DNA of 64,000 nt from Eledone cirrhosa (Eukaryota): positions 315,394,001 to 315,458,000 of the forward strand of contig OZ024741.1 in assembly GCA_964016885.1 (NCBI GenBank), written 5' to 3'. The notes under the pieces were generated by a model that saw only the letters and a program-made list of their open reading frames with translations, was not told the origin of the DNA and did no database searches. Positions 28,090 through 40,700 of the stretch are shown here, one piece after another. Each line of letters starts with the position of its first letter. The first letter of the stretch is position 1. The position numbers were made by a program, and so were the translations under genes.

Positions 28090-28164
28090 ACATCTGCGCG
28101 AAGATTGGTGTATGTGCTACAGACGACACGAACACCGTTAAACATTGTTGTTCAAGAAATGCGA
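28090..28164 (+). CDS. Candidate host-gene exon, Cys-rich (ICAKIGVCATDDTNTVKHCCSRNA)
   Basis: ttttttcag acceptor, gtaagt donor, 75 nt, phase 1-1, in frame with the next exon. Confidence 0.65.
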
Positions 28165-28313
28165 GTAAGTATTCTAGAAGTTGAATTTTGTTATAGCCTC
28201 TTCGTATCCAATGAATTTAGTAGACAAGCTCGTTATTATCTTTAACATCAGCATCATTTATAAACATTTAAACCTCTGAATGGAAGTAAGTCATTGAACT
28301 CTGTATTTTTCAG

Positions 28314-28463
28314 AAAATTGCCCCACGTATATAGATTGGTTTGGAGAAGAGCAAACTATTCAATGTCACTGTAAAAATCTCGGTGACTGTCTATTCAATA
28401 GAGGTGGTCGATGTTCAAAAGGCCGTTGTATGGAAGGTTTTGAGGGTCCAACATGTCAAAAAC
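28314..28463 (+). CDS. Host-gene exon encoding a MEGF/CED-1-type EGF-like domain
   Basis: tttttcag acceptor, gtaagt donor, 150 nt, phase 1-1. Reads NCPTYIDWFGEEQTIQCHCKNLGDCLFNRGGRCSKGRCMEGFEGPTCQK. Confidence 0.85.
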
Positions 28464-29136
28464 GTAAGTCAAATATGTTTAATGTATATTAATTTGCCTA
28501 TATCCAGTGCCGGTTTAACACTGTGCTAAGTGTTTTATGCTATAGTACAATACTACCGTTATGGTTTATTTCACGTTTTTTTTTTTTTATATTTCGAACC
28601 ACTTTTTAGTATATGCTACATGCCCCACACTACCCAGCATTGCATATATTTTATTTTGTTTATTTATGTAATTGTATTACTTTGTAAAACGTGTGTATAT
28701 CTCTTCCAATAAATGTTTAGAATGAAATAGTCTTCCTGTCTTTCGACGATGAGTGTTTTAGTTTTGATTAACAGATCAATCTGAAGCTACGATATATGAT
28801 ACGTGATTGAAACCACTAGTAATGGAAACGAACACGGTTAAGTTATGGTTGCAAAGAGAAATTTTTAACGACTAAGCCATGCTACATTCAGTCAATATCG
28901 AAACACAAACACATGCGCGCGCGTATATACTCTCATAACGCACACATATCATTTAACATCCGCTTTCTCTGCTATACAATGGTTGGACAGGTCTATATAG
29001 ACAAAGTCAGTACTAAAGTGGATCTACTAACCTCCCAGAGAGGTCGAAGTGTCTGCTTCCTGCTTATGTGCCTTCATATCCAGTGTGGAGGAGAGTATGC
29101 CGTGTATTCGATACAAAGGGGAGGGTTATCCTAACC

Positions 29137-29298
29137 CAGGTGTTCCCAAAATGGGTCCGCGGAACACAAGGGTTCCGTTAAAAAGGTTAGTGTAGTATAT
29201 TTATATTAAGACAATGTAACAGTATTAGACTTTGGAGTTCTCATAGAAGATTCTGAACCAAAAAGGTTTCCGCGTTTGAAAATGTATGGGAAACCCTG
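29137..29298. mobile_element. hAT-type MITE (162 bp)
   Basis: TIRs caggtgttcccaaa / tatgggaaaccctg with a perfect 8-bp TSD tcctaacc at 29129-29136 and 29299-29306. Confidence 0.85.
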
Positions 29299-30059
29299 TC
29301 CTAACCCTTTGTTTGACAAACCTGTTTAGGCACGGTTTCTATTGCGGGGTGCCCCCCTTCTTGTTGCCTGCCATCCTTACGGGGTGTACCGGCTGCATTT
29401 TCATGGCCCCACCAATAGACACATTGTTAGATATAAACCCAACATTAGAGCCCTCTTAGATCTGGGGAGGGAGATAGGTATGAAAATATTGGTGTATGTG
29501 GGGATTTGTGTGGGCGAATAGTAAAGGGTAATGGTGACTGATTGGTGCATGGGAATGTAGTTGTTTGAACGAAGTAGCCAATATGTTGGGTGTTGGAGTC
29601 GTGATAGACAGATTGGAAGGGTGAGTAAGGGATGAGTAAGTGTTAAGAGTAGAGGGGTTGTACTCATGGTAAAGGGGTTTTGCCAGTGTAAGGGGTAGTC
29701 AATTTGGGAATGATCAAGGGGTAAAGAGAGTAGCTACTAGGGAACAATTGTGAGATTGTCTAAGGTCTTTAGTGGGTGGGTGGTAGTTGAGGAGTGGTTC
29801 TAGGGGTGCAGTAGTGGTGAAGATAAATGGATGGGAGTGCTAGTAAGAGGGTGAATGAGGGGCCCATGGATGTTTCTAGCAAGTTTTTCATCATCACAGC
29901 ATTGTCATCTCAGTTGTGAGGCTTAGTTTCTTAAGGCTGCTCTTCACCAATTCGTCCCAATGTGCCTGTGTTACTCTGCATGTATGTATGCATATATGTA
30001 AGTGTATATGTGTGTGAGTATTTAATCCATGCGTTATATGATTATCTAACAATTTTCAG

Positions 30060-30200
30060 GTTTATACCATCACTTTTTAGCAACATATAATCCCATCTTT
30101 AGTACTACTGGTGCGACTAACTGCACGAACGTACCCATCACATTGATATTCCCATTTCGGTACCGAATATTTTTTATAAATGTTTCCGGAAGATTTCACG
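30060..30200 (+). CDS. Host-gene exon (LYHHFLATYNPIFSTTGATNCTNVPITLIFPFRYRIFFINVSGRFH)
   Basis: aattttcag acceptor, gtgagt donor, 141 nt, phase 1-1, open frame with N-glycosylation sequons NCT and NVS. Confidence 0.7.
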
Positions 30201-31977
30201 GTGAGTAAAATAAATTTTATCTTAGACGTTATGTGTTCTTTAACAAAATCTATTGTTTAGATATATCCCTTTATCCAATCACTTTGTTTATGAAAGGCTA
30301 TGAAGATTTGCGTAATATGTTTCATACAGACTGTATGATCTTATCTATTGATCTCCATTGTTTCTATCTCACAGTTTCAGAAATCCACTAGTTGCTGAAT
30401 ATTAACGTACTTCTAGTTATAGGATTCTATCCATGATTAGATTTCAGGTCTACCAATGTGGTTATGTCTATCAAGTTTATATGGAGCATCTACAGCGTAG
30501 AGCACGTATCACCTGCTACTTATACGCCTTTTTATCCATGTATGTGGATGACATTCACATGTTATTTCAACAACATTGACAACCACTAAATTGCCAGCTA
30601 AATTCATAGCCGTAACATTGCCAACACCATTGGGAGCCACAACATTCCCAACAACATTGAGAACCACATAATATTTGTAGTAAAGCATTCTCATAACACA
30701 GAATCACTCTTCCTGCATGACATCTCACATCAACTTCTATAGAGAGGAAGCATGCATGGACTACGATTCAGTCACTCAACCCACCACTCCAAAGCACAAC
30801 ATTTCTCCATAGCAAAATATATGCAATGAGACGAAAGGAGGCACCTAAGATTTCGAACAATTCCTGGTAGAAAGCGGCTTTCTAAGATGCAATAGACCAC
30901 CAATTTGGCGCACCGTACAGAATGGTATTTACTATATAAAGCTACCACAGTTCCCCGAGAGGGCTATCGCTACACCATGTCAAGCGATCCATTGCGAGAA
31001 GCTAAAAATAGAGCTAGTTCAGCCCAAGCCCTCGCTAAGAAAATCCCTTTCCAAACACATCAACAACATATGTAACCTAACTTAGCCCTGCAATATGTGG
31101 GAGTGTGTCTGGGTTCTTGCATATGGTACAAGATTACATGTAACAAATATAGTGGCTCATAATCTGGAATGATTCCCCGCACTTTAACTGAACAACTAAA
31201 AGACGAGTACTTCCTCTGTTAAAATTCACCTACAAGAACGCCACAACCAATATATCAAAGTTAACATAGAGATTTCAAAGCAAGTCATCGATAAGTTACG
31301 TATCGAAGAAGCTATATTCGTCAATAGATTTAGATGTTTTGTAAACGGCAGACACAAGTTACATGAAGACAATTGTCGCCACCCTTCTTACCCAATATCT
31401 ACGAAGAAATGCATTGCTCTTCACGATCAAACGCCATTTTATTTCTTGCACTAACTTCAAAATATAATGAAATATGCGGTAAAAGTTTAAAATTCTTTTG
31501 GTGGGGTCTGTCTTATTTTATTTTAGTTTGCACTTTTTTTATTTATAACTTGCATTATCCGGCTTCTCAAAACAGTCCTAACACATTTTTTATGACTTAG
31601 CCGATGAAGAAGTGTCATATTTTGACATGCTCAGTACCTCAATAACAAGTCAGAGTGAAGGAGCTATCCTAAGAACAGAGGCTTACTACAGAGCGAACTT
31701 ACTAAGACATTCAAGAGCCAGATGGTGGATGAAGTCTACGATACATGTGGAGTGAAACTAATGACAATATCATTTCTTAGAATATTACAGAAATCTGCCC
31801 TATATCAATATAAAGCAACATTGCTGTGAGATGCATCTATAGTATCGAGAATAATATGGAGAGGCATGACTACTATAGATTAGTCAATATTTCGATTTAT
31901 CATGAGCAACCTTCTAAAACTATCATAAAACAGTGAACTAATTAAGCACACAACTTCGAATTTTGTTTCCGTTGTTC

Positions 31978-31979
<2 letters not shown>

Positions 31980-32062
<83 letters not shown>
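31980..32062. repeat. (CA)n(TA)n microsatellite
   Basis: Directly visible. Confidence 0.95.
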
Positions 32063-32064
<2 letters not shown>

Positions 32065-32217
32065 TGTTATACTTTGGGAGGGTCATGTTGCCAATAAGGA
32101 ACACACGCACCAGTTGTTTCACTTCAATTTATTATATATTTATAAATTTACAAATTTACAAACTTATAAATTTCTGGTTGGTTGGTTGGTTCTACAACCA
32201 GATAGTTGTTTATATAT

Positions 32218-32262
32218 AGTCATAGTCCTTTCGTCACACACTCTGTGACCTCTTCAGTGACT
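32218..32262 (-). ncRNA. Minimal type I hammerhead ribozyme in PLE pseudo-LTR
   Basis: agtca-CTGAAGA-g gtcaca gagtg tgtgac-GAAA-ggac-TA-tgact. Confidence 0.8.
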
Positions 32263-32541
32263 GGGGATTCCTTTCTTCGTTTCTGTGCCTTTCCTTTCTT
32301 CTATCCTACGCCATTTTGTTTCTGTGTGTGTGTTGTGTGCTCAGTTTGCGCATGCGCCACATCCGGGTGTCTGTGTGTGTTTGTGTTCATTTATCTATTT
32401 GTTTATTTATTTATTTATTTATTGTTGGTTGGTTGTTTGTTCTGTGTGTGTGTGTGTTTTCATTTTGTCCTGTGTGTGTTTTCATTTTGTCCTTAATTGT
32501 AAGTTGTTTGTTCTATGTGTGTGTGTGTTTTCATTTTGTCC

Positions 32542-32820
32542 TTAATTGTAAGTTGTGATGTTGCTGTTCCACTCATATTTTCTATTTAATTTTGGTTTTA
32601 ATTCTTTTATGCTTACTGCCTCTGTAATTTGCCTAAACATTGCGTCTTTTCTGTGTGTGGATTCTATTTTTATTTCTATGCTCTCTAATCTACCCCTGTG
32701 TTCTATCTTAGCATGTTGGTAGAGCACAGATGATTCTTTATTATCTTGGAGGTCTCGCCAGTGTTCATTTATTCGTTCCCCTATACTACGAGCTGTCTCA
32801 CCTATGTACACTATATTTTT
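32542..32820 (-). pseudogene. C-terminal GIY-YIG endonuclease fragment of a Penelope-like element
   Basis: YIGET-R---R--EH motif followed by E---I--L-P-LN. Confidence 0.85.
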
Positions 32821-32927
32821 GTTTCTAGTGTGGCGCATGCGCAAACTGAGCACACAACACACACACAGAAACAAAATGGCGTAGGATAGAAGAAAGGAAA
32901 GGCACAGAAACGAGGAAAGGAATCCCC

Positions 32928-32972
32928 AGTCACCGAAGAGGTCACAGAGTGTGTGACGAAAGGACTATGACT
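32928..32972 (+). ncRNA. Hammerhead ribozyme copy with core change CUGAAGA to CCGAAGA
   Basis: Inverted copy of 32218-32262 with a single core substitution. Confidence 0.65.
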
Positions 32973-33192
32973 ATATATAAACAACTATCTGGTTGTAGAA
33001 CCAACCAACCAACCAGAAATTTATAAGTTTGTAAATTTGTAAATTTATAAATTTATAAATATATAATAAATTGAAGTGAAAGCAACTGGTGCGTGTGTTT
33101 CTTATTGGCAATATGACCCTCCCAAATTATAACAATATCGGTTTCAACACACGATTTCAGATAAAGAATCTTGCTAAACAAATTCAGAAACG

Positions 33193-33242
<50 letters not shown>

Positions 33243-33489
33243 CATATATAACATTCTTCATTTATTTCTTTACTGTTTCCACTCATTTGATTGCAGCCAT
33301 GCCAGGACAACGCCGCCATTACGTCATTTATAACGATTTCTCTCGGTAATATTTATACTTCGTGAAATATTGTGGGAAAATAACTGATTTAGATAATTAT
33401 TGTTCTCATCACTTCCGATGAATATTATTAAATTCAAATTTGTCAGTTAAATAATTACCACCCATAGTTTATTCATAATCAAATTGTAG

Positions 33490-33645
33490 ATTTGGCTGTT
33501 TTTTATGAAGAAGCTGGTAAACTTAGGAAGTCACATTGCATCGCTGTGGCAACAAAAGCGGTTTGTTTTGTAAATCTTTACACTATAGCCCTCGAACTGG
33601 TCAGTACTCAAACTGGGGACTGCATCAAAAGGATCAAACTGACAG
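33490..33645 (+). CDS. Host-gene exon (DLAVFYEEAGKLRKSHCIAVATKAVCFVNLYTIALELVSTQTGDCIKRIKLTG)
   Basis: ttgtag acceptor, AG|gtaaat donor, 156 nt, phase 1-1, in frame with the 30060-30200 exon. Confidence 0.7.
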
Positions 33646-33707
33646 GTAAATCTCTTAAAATTTACTTTGTCAATTTATATATGAACAAAGTATAGCAACT
33701 GTCTTAC

Positions 33708-33900
<193 letters not shown>

Positions 33901-33904
33901 TCAA

Positions 33905-34137
33905 ATAATTGTTTCTTCTTTTGGCACAAGGCCAGCAATTATTCCAGTGTATTACTGGTACTTTATTTTATCGACCCCGTGAGGATGAAAGGCAAAGTTA
34001 ACCTCGGCGGGATTTGAACTCAGTCCGTAAAGGGACGTAACTGTGCTGCAAAGCATGGCGTCCGACCCTCTACCGTTACTGCCATATCAAATAATTGTTT
34101 CTACTTTAGGCACAAGGCCAGCAATTACCCAGTGCAT
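33905..34137 (-). mobile_element. tRNA-derived SINE plus a second SINE 3' fragment in tandem
   Basis: atcgacccc...atgaaaggcaaagttaacctcggcgggatttgaactcag contains a reverse-complement B-box and matches 52438-52615. Confidence 0.8.
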
Positions 34138-34432
34138 TGGTAGTTAAGACGGGATTCATTCACCATAATTGTTTATTGCAAGATATGTATTTCTGTTACA
34201 TGGTTATTCATGTGACTTCGTCAGATGTTTATGAAATCATTGGTATATGCCGGTGGCCATGTACAACTATCTTTTAGTGAACAGGATAGTTGTGCATAGC
34301 CACCGGTATATCCCAATGATTGTATAATTGCAACTATAATCATCTGACGAAGTCACATGAATAACCAAGTAACAGAAATATATATATCATGCAATAAACA
34401 ATTATGGTGAATTAATCCCGTCTTAACTACCA
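34138..34432. mobile_element. Fold-back with ~135-bp arms, each with a hammerhead-like motif (PLE pseudo-LTR-like)
   Basis: tggtagttaagacgggatt... is mirrored by ...aatcccgtcttaactacca. cat-CTGACGA-a gtcacatg aataac cawgtaac a-GAAA-tatatata-TC-atg lies at 34341-34391. Confidence 0.7.
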
Positions 34433-34572
34433 TGGTTTGATAAATGAATACTCCGTAACTCATTATCACCTACCTGGGATAAACTACTGACGTGAGGTGC
34501 TTTAGTTGCCTAGGACAGGCTCATCCTCGTGATGTTATAACAACAACTACGTTAAACATTCTTCAACTACCC

Positions 34573-34668
<96 letters not shown>

Positions 34669-35224
34669 GTTAAAAGAAATAACAACACAATCGGTACAGT
34701 ATAAGGAAGGAATATATTAGGTTAACGCTTGAAATAGCAGGAAGAGGCTCTTAAACGTTGTTATTGAGGTAGCTATTTGAGAGGAGAAAATCGATTATAA
34801 CGGCACAAATACTTAACATGCACTTTATTTCATCAATCCCGGAAGGATGAAATGTAAATTTGATCTCTGCATGATTTTAACGTAGAAGCTCGTAATCACG
34901 TTTATTAAAAAAATGTTGTTCATCGCTCTAGTAATAATGCTTACCAACCGTGCTTATGTAATATATAAAATAATAGTAACAATGAGAAATGTTTTTGTAA
35001 TTTATTCAATTCAACACGTCCACCATATATTAGAGATACATAATACATAACCTATACAGCCGATGGTGTGAAGTAACATCCTTTAGTGGTTAGGTTTGGG
35101 GCACACGATTATATGGTCGCATAATAGATTTCCGTATGTGTTGTTTCCTTAAGCAATGTCTATTATTTCACATCGTTTCAGTCTAGTCAGCTGGAAAAAA
35201 AGTTAGTCATACCTGTAATTAAAT

Positions 35225-36165
35225 CAGAATGTTGTTGGAGATAAGTGTGTCCGAAATGATGCCAGTACACTTAGCGCCATTGATGCTCAGAAAAATGAGG
35301 CTTGAAAATGTCACTTTGAGAGACTGATGAATGTTGATAATGAATGTGAGAGAGAGAAACTACTACCAGCAGACCCATCAGAGGGACCAGCTATTGAGTT
35401 TGGTGACTATAGGTCAAATAATCAATTAAAGAAATGAAAAGTGGTAAGGCCGCTGGGCCGTCAGGGATAGTCGCTGAGATGTCAAAAACACCAGGAGAAA
35501 TAGGAACTAAATTAGTTATACGCATAGTCAATCAAGTTATATATAGCGGAGTCATACCCAAAGACTGGTGCAGTAGTATACTTAATTGTTACTAAGTTAA
35601 AGGGTTGCTCTGGAGAGGAGCAATTATAAGGGCATAAAACTGTTGGATCAGGATATGAACGTGTCAGAAAGATTGCTAGCACAACTAATTAGAGAAAGAG
35701 TCAAATTAGATGAGATGCAGTTTGGTTGTGTGCCCGAGAAAAGTACAACAGATGCCCTCTTCTTAGTGAGACAACTACAAGAGAGGTTCTTAGAGAAGAA
35801 TAAGCCACTAAGAGTAACTCAATCTGTCATCTGGTGGTCCCTAAGGAAACTAGGTGTAGAGGAATGACTTGTAAGAACAGTGCAAGCTATGTACAGAGGA
35901 GCTGTCAATAAAGTGAGGGTACGAATTGAGTTTAGTGAGGAATTCCAGATACAAGTGTTCATCAGGATTCGGTCCTCAGCCCGCTCTTGTTCATTATACT
36001 TCTCCAAGCCATAACAGAGGTCTTTAAGACTGGCTGCTCATGGTAACTTCTCTGTGCTGATGAACTAGTGCTTATAGCAGAATCGGTAGAGGAGCTAGAG
36101 AATAAATTCCGTCTGTGGAAACAGCAGTTGGAATCAAGGGGTCTGAGAGTGAACCTAGCAAAAAA
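35225..36165 (+). pseudogene. Degraded RTE-clade LINE RT fragment
   Basis: QFGCVPEKSTTDALFLVRQLQE, homologous to 39970-40960. Confidence 0.8.
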
Positions 36166-36479
36166 TGTTATTCATAAAAACGCCCTTTGGTGAGACAAGT
36201 ACTATTACGTAATCTATGCAAGATATTTGTTCGTTCAGCCTACATGACAAATTCCCATTTCCGTATGGCCCAAATCTAGTCAGAACTTTCCATTGAATAA
36301 AGTAATCGATATCTGCATCTTAGAGTGATCATATATGACTTGTTAGCTTCGTGGACGATCGTTTATCCGAGTGTCTAAAGGTCGTCTGATGGTTAAGGAA
36401 GCATTCTTTAAACTGGCCCCCTGCCATACCTACATATGTTTTTACCTCCTGTAGTTGGTTTGGTCGAGTAGATGACTTC

Positions 36480-37776
36480 AGCCACATAGATTATTGTAGT
36501 ACAGTTGTAACAACAGCAACAACAACAATTAATAGAACTAATACTAAAAAAAAACGGAAAATACGTCAAGTTTGTTTACCCCGGAAGCTGTGGCGAACTT
36601 AATCGGAGAATTCGCATATAACCCAGATGAGGGCATTACTCTCTCCGCTTACTTTAGAAGACATGAGGAAATTTTCCGAGAAGAATTCAGTGGCTGGGAA
36701 GACGAGAAAAAAACACGATTTCTGTTGAGAAAGTTGGCACCAGTTGAATATGAAAAATACTGCAACTACATACTACCAAAGTAACCAGGTGGGATCTGTT
36801 TTGAGGAAGCAGTAAATACCCTGTCAAAAATGTTTAACGAGAACATTTCTTTCTTTAACACCTGTTGGCAGTGTATGAATCTGGTGAAAAAAGAGGACGA
36901 AGATTTTTTCATGTATGCACGGATCGTTAACAAGGAATGTGAAAGATTTAACGAACTAACCCCAGACATGTTTAAATACTTAATTGTCGTGCAAGGGTTA
37001 ACTGCAAAGAAAGTTGCGGAAATTCGTACCAGAATTTTGACAGAATTAGAGCAGAAATAGAAATTAACATTACAGGAAATATCTGAGGAATGTCAGAATT
37101 ATAAATCTAAGACATGATACGGAAAGAATCGAAGAGAGAGACTGCTCTCATATACAGTCGGTACGACCTAAAGTGAAAAACAAACAAATTATCTATGTTT
37201 CGGATGTGGAGGTTTACACTTCCGATACGATTGCCCCTTTAAAAAGAATAGGACATAAAATATCACACTGCAAAACAAAACCAAGAAAAATATTCAACAG
37301 GAAAAATTATGTAAACAGGTTATCGGCGGAAAAACAAACTTAGAGGAAATTTGTGTATGTAAAAATTAACAACGTGAATGTGAAATTGGAGTTAGATACA
37401 GGTAGCGACTTTACTATAGTCATTGTAGACACATAGAACGCAACCGGAAAACCTACCTCAAATAAAGCTTCGAAGATTGCACGTGGCGTTTCGGGGAAGA
37501 AGAAATTTTTTAAAGGTGAAATATTAAGTAACGTTACGTTTCGTGGCAAGACCGTAAGAGCTAAAGCTTATGTATTAAGAAATACAACAAATCCTTTCGG
37601 TACTGACTGGATGGAACTGTTCGACTTATGGGATTTACCCATAAATATTTTTTGTAAAAATGTAATTGGGTCGTTTGCCTGTTCAAACAAAGAGTCAGAA
37701 AATTTAAAAAAGAGATTAGAAAAGGTGGTTCCCCGATGTTTGTTCGAATGAGTTAGCGCGTTTTACTAAAACTAAA
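36480..37776 (+). mobile_element. Ty3/Gypsy LTR retrotransposon relic (gag + aspartic protease), 5' part
   Basis: FAYNPDEGITLSAYFRRHEEIF gag-like, a C--C----H----C knuckle near 37195-37235, protease LELDTGSDFTIV near 37385; multiple stops. Confidence 0.8.
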
Positions 37777-40700
37777 AGTCTCAATATTTGGCACAGAGAA
37801 GATAAGTGGAAACATTGTCAATTTCCTTCTTTCAATGTTTATTTATATATATATAGATATATGTACTAATGTCTGTTTGTATTTATATAGCTGTTAATAT
37901 ATATATATGTGTGTGTGTGTTGTGTGCGTATATTCGTAACGGAAAATCGCTCATTTAGAATAGAATAACCGTGTTTAGGAAAACAGAGGCTAAGAAATCG
38001 CCATTTCCTAGCAACGCAAACAAACATGCGTATATTTTAAAATTTTACATTAGTCTCAATATTTGGCGTAGAGAAGAAAAGGGGAAAAATTGTCAATTTC
38101 CTTCTTTCGATGTTTATTTATATATAGAGATATATATGTACTAATGTCTGTTTGTATTTATATAGCTGTTAATATATATGTGTGTGCTGTGTACATGCGC
38201 ATATTCGTAACGGAAAAATCGCTCATATAGAATAGAATAGTCGTGTTTAGGATAACAGAGGCTAGGAAATCGCCATTTCTCTTCACACCCACCTACCCTA
38301 TATCTATCACCTTCCGGTATGCATGACGGGCGCTGTACGCTAAACACTCGTGCACATAGCACGTTAAACCAAGTTCGACTCAGCGCAGACATGGGACGGA
38401 CGGAGGCGTCGTAAGCCGTAGCGTAGGAAACCCGTCTGGGAGAGCTACCAACCCGAATAAATTGGTGGGAGGTAGAGAAGTCCCCCCTAAGCCAAGTAAG
38501 ACAATCTCTCTAGTGCTGGTGGCACGAATAAAAGCACCCAGCCCATGCTGTAAAGTGGTGCTGGTGTTAGGAAGGGCATCCAACCAGTATATACAAATGA
38601 GAATTTCAACAACTGCGTAAACAGCAATAACATTAACCATGTTAGGGCTGCGCACAGTATTGGGTTGGCTGGTGCGGCCATGTGCGAGAACCCCCCGACC
38701 GTCATCAAGCAATCGCACAACAACAAGAACTGCGTAAACAGCAATAACACTAACCATGTTAGGGCTGCGCATGATAGTAGGGTGGCTGGTGCAGCCATGT
38801 GCGAGAACCCCCCGACCGTCATCAACTAATCGCACAACAGGAACAAGAACAAGAATATGTAGACGTCGCATCTCAAAGTTGCCACACTTAATGTTGGCAC
38901 TCTAGCAGGTAGATCTGGTGAGATAGTTGACATGCTAGAGAAGACATGTGGATATGTGCTGCGTGCAAGAGGTGAGATGGAGAGGTGGATCGATAAGACA
39001 AGAGAGGTAGTTAGAGTTAGTAATAGAATAATTAAGCTTAGATTAGTTGTAGGCAAGAGACTGCTGACAATCATCTCTGCCTATGCTCCCCAGGTAGGCC
39101 TAGGTGAAGAAGAGAAAGACTGCTTTTACGAGCAACATTTAGGAACCGCAATGACAGGACGGAGACATCGTTATGCTAGCAAGGGACTTCAATGGTTATG
39201 TTGGACAGCTCCAGGATGGATACACTGGGGTACATGGTGGGCACGGTTATGGCTCAAGAAATGAAGAAGGAGTTAGGCTCCTTGAATTTTGTGATGCAAG
39301 TGCACTAACCATTTGCAACACTAACTTCAAGAAACCTACCAACAACCTAATAACCTACAAATCAGGCGAGTATATAAGCCAGATTGACTTCTTGCTAGTT
39401 AGGCAGCGAGACAGACAGATGGTGTCAAATACTAAGGCATACCCCGGGGAAGAATGTACCCCACAGCATAGGTTAGTCGTTAGTGACATCTCAGTAAGCA
39501 AGAGATAAAATGAGACATACAGGAAGGTGTGGAAATGGAAGGTCTGGAAGCTAAAAGACCTTTCACTAAAATATAAATTTAGGAAAGCTCTTCAAGATGT
39601 ATATGACGAAAAAGAAGACGATTTAGAATCGTATGACATAGATGATAACTGGAATTTCTTGCGCGACAACTTACTGCAGGCTACTGAAGAAACTTGCGGT
39701 TGGGGCAGAGCTTCAACCAGACAGAGAGTGACCTGGTGGTGGAACAGCACGGTAGATAGGGCTATTAGAGACAAAATACTAGCATGGAACGCTTGGAAAA
39801 AAGGTTGGGAGAAGAGACGGATACACAGCTGCTAAGAGAGAAGCTAGATGTCAGGTGTACTTAGCACGCAGAGAGGCTGAGAGTAGGAGGTTTGCCAATG
39901 TTCTGCAACGGGAAGATCAGAGACGTGCGGTGTTCCGCATTGCAAGGCAGTGTGTCAGTGTAAATCAGGATGTTGTTGGAGATAAGTGTGTCCGGAATGA
40001 TGCTGGTGTACTTAGTGTCACGAATGATCAGAAAAAGGAGGCCTGGAAATGTTATTATGAAAGACTGATGAATGTGGAGAACGAATGGGAAAGCAAGAAA
40101 TTACCCCCAGTAGACCCGACAGAGGGACCAGGTATTGAGATTGATGAATATAGGGTTCAAGAGGCAATTAAAGAAATGAAAAATGGTAAGGGCGCTGGAC
40201 CATCGGGGATAGTTGCTGAGATGCTGAAGGCATCAGGAGAAGTAGGCACTAAACTGGTTGGACGCATCATCAATTAGGCTGTATATGGCGGTGTCATACC
40301 CAAAGACTGGTGCAGCACTATTCTCATAAAGTGCTACAAAGGTAAAGGTGATGCTCAGGAGAAGAGCAATTATAAGGGCATGAAACTGATGGATCAGGTT
40401 ATGAAAGTGTTAGAGAGAATATTAGCGCAACTAATTAGAGAAAAGGTCAAATTAGATGAGATGCAGTTTGGTTTTGTACCTCGGAAAAGTACAACAGATG
40501 CCCTCTTCTTAGTGAGACAGATACAAGAGAGGTTCTTAGAGAAGAATAAGCCACTATACCTAGCTTTTGTTGACCTAGAGAAAGCCTTTGATAGGGTACC
40601 CCGATCTCTCATCTGGTGGTCCCTAAGGAAACTAGGTGTAGAAGAATGTCTTGTGAAGACAGTGCAAGCTATGTACAGAGGTGCTGTCAGTAAAGTGAGA

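Larger units (their letters stand above)
32061..33138 (-). mobile_element. 5'-truncated Penelope-like element: GIY-YIG fragment flanked by ~300-bp inverted pseudo-LTRs
   Basis: 32061-32360 and 32829-33138 are inverted repeats. The minus frame reads IVYIGETARSIGERINEH...RQITEAVSIKELKPKLNRKYEW. Confidence 0.88.

Noticed and set aside
28775-28836. Possible exon or hammerhead-like ctgaag...gaaac
   Set aside because: Stop codon in the phase-1 frame; the core is not CUGANGA and the stems do not pair.
30480-31950. Thr-rich, possibly LINE-derived decayed sequence
   Set aside because: Too degraded to assign motifs or boundaries by eye.
33297-33345. Candidate 49-nt exon with a strong acceptor and gtaata donor
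   Set aside because: It breaks the frame between the flanking phase-1 exons unless another unseen exon exists. Left unresolved without RNA data.
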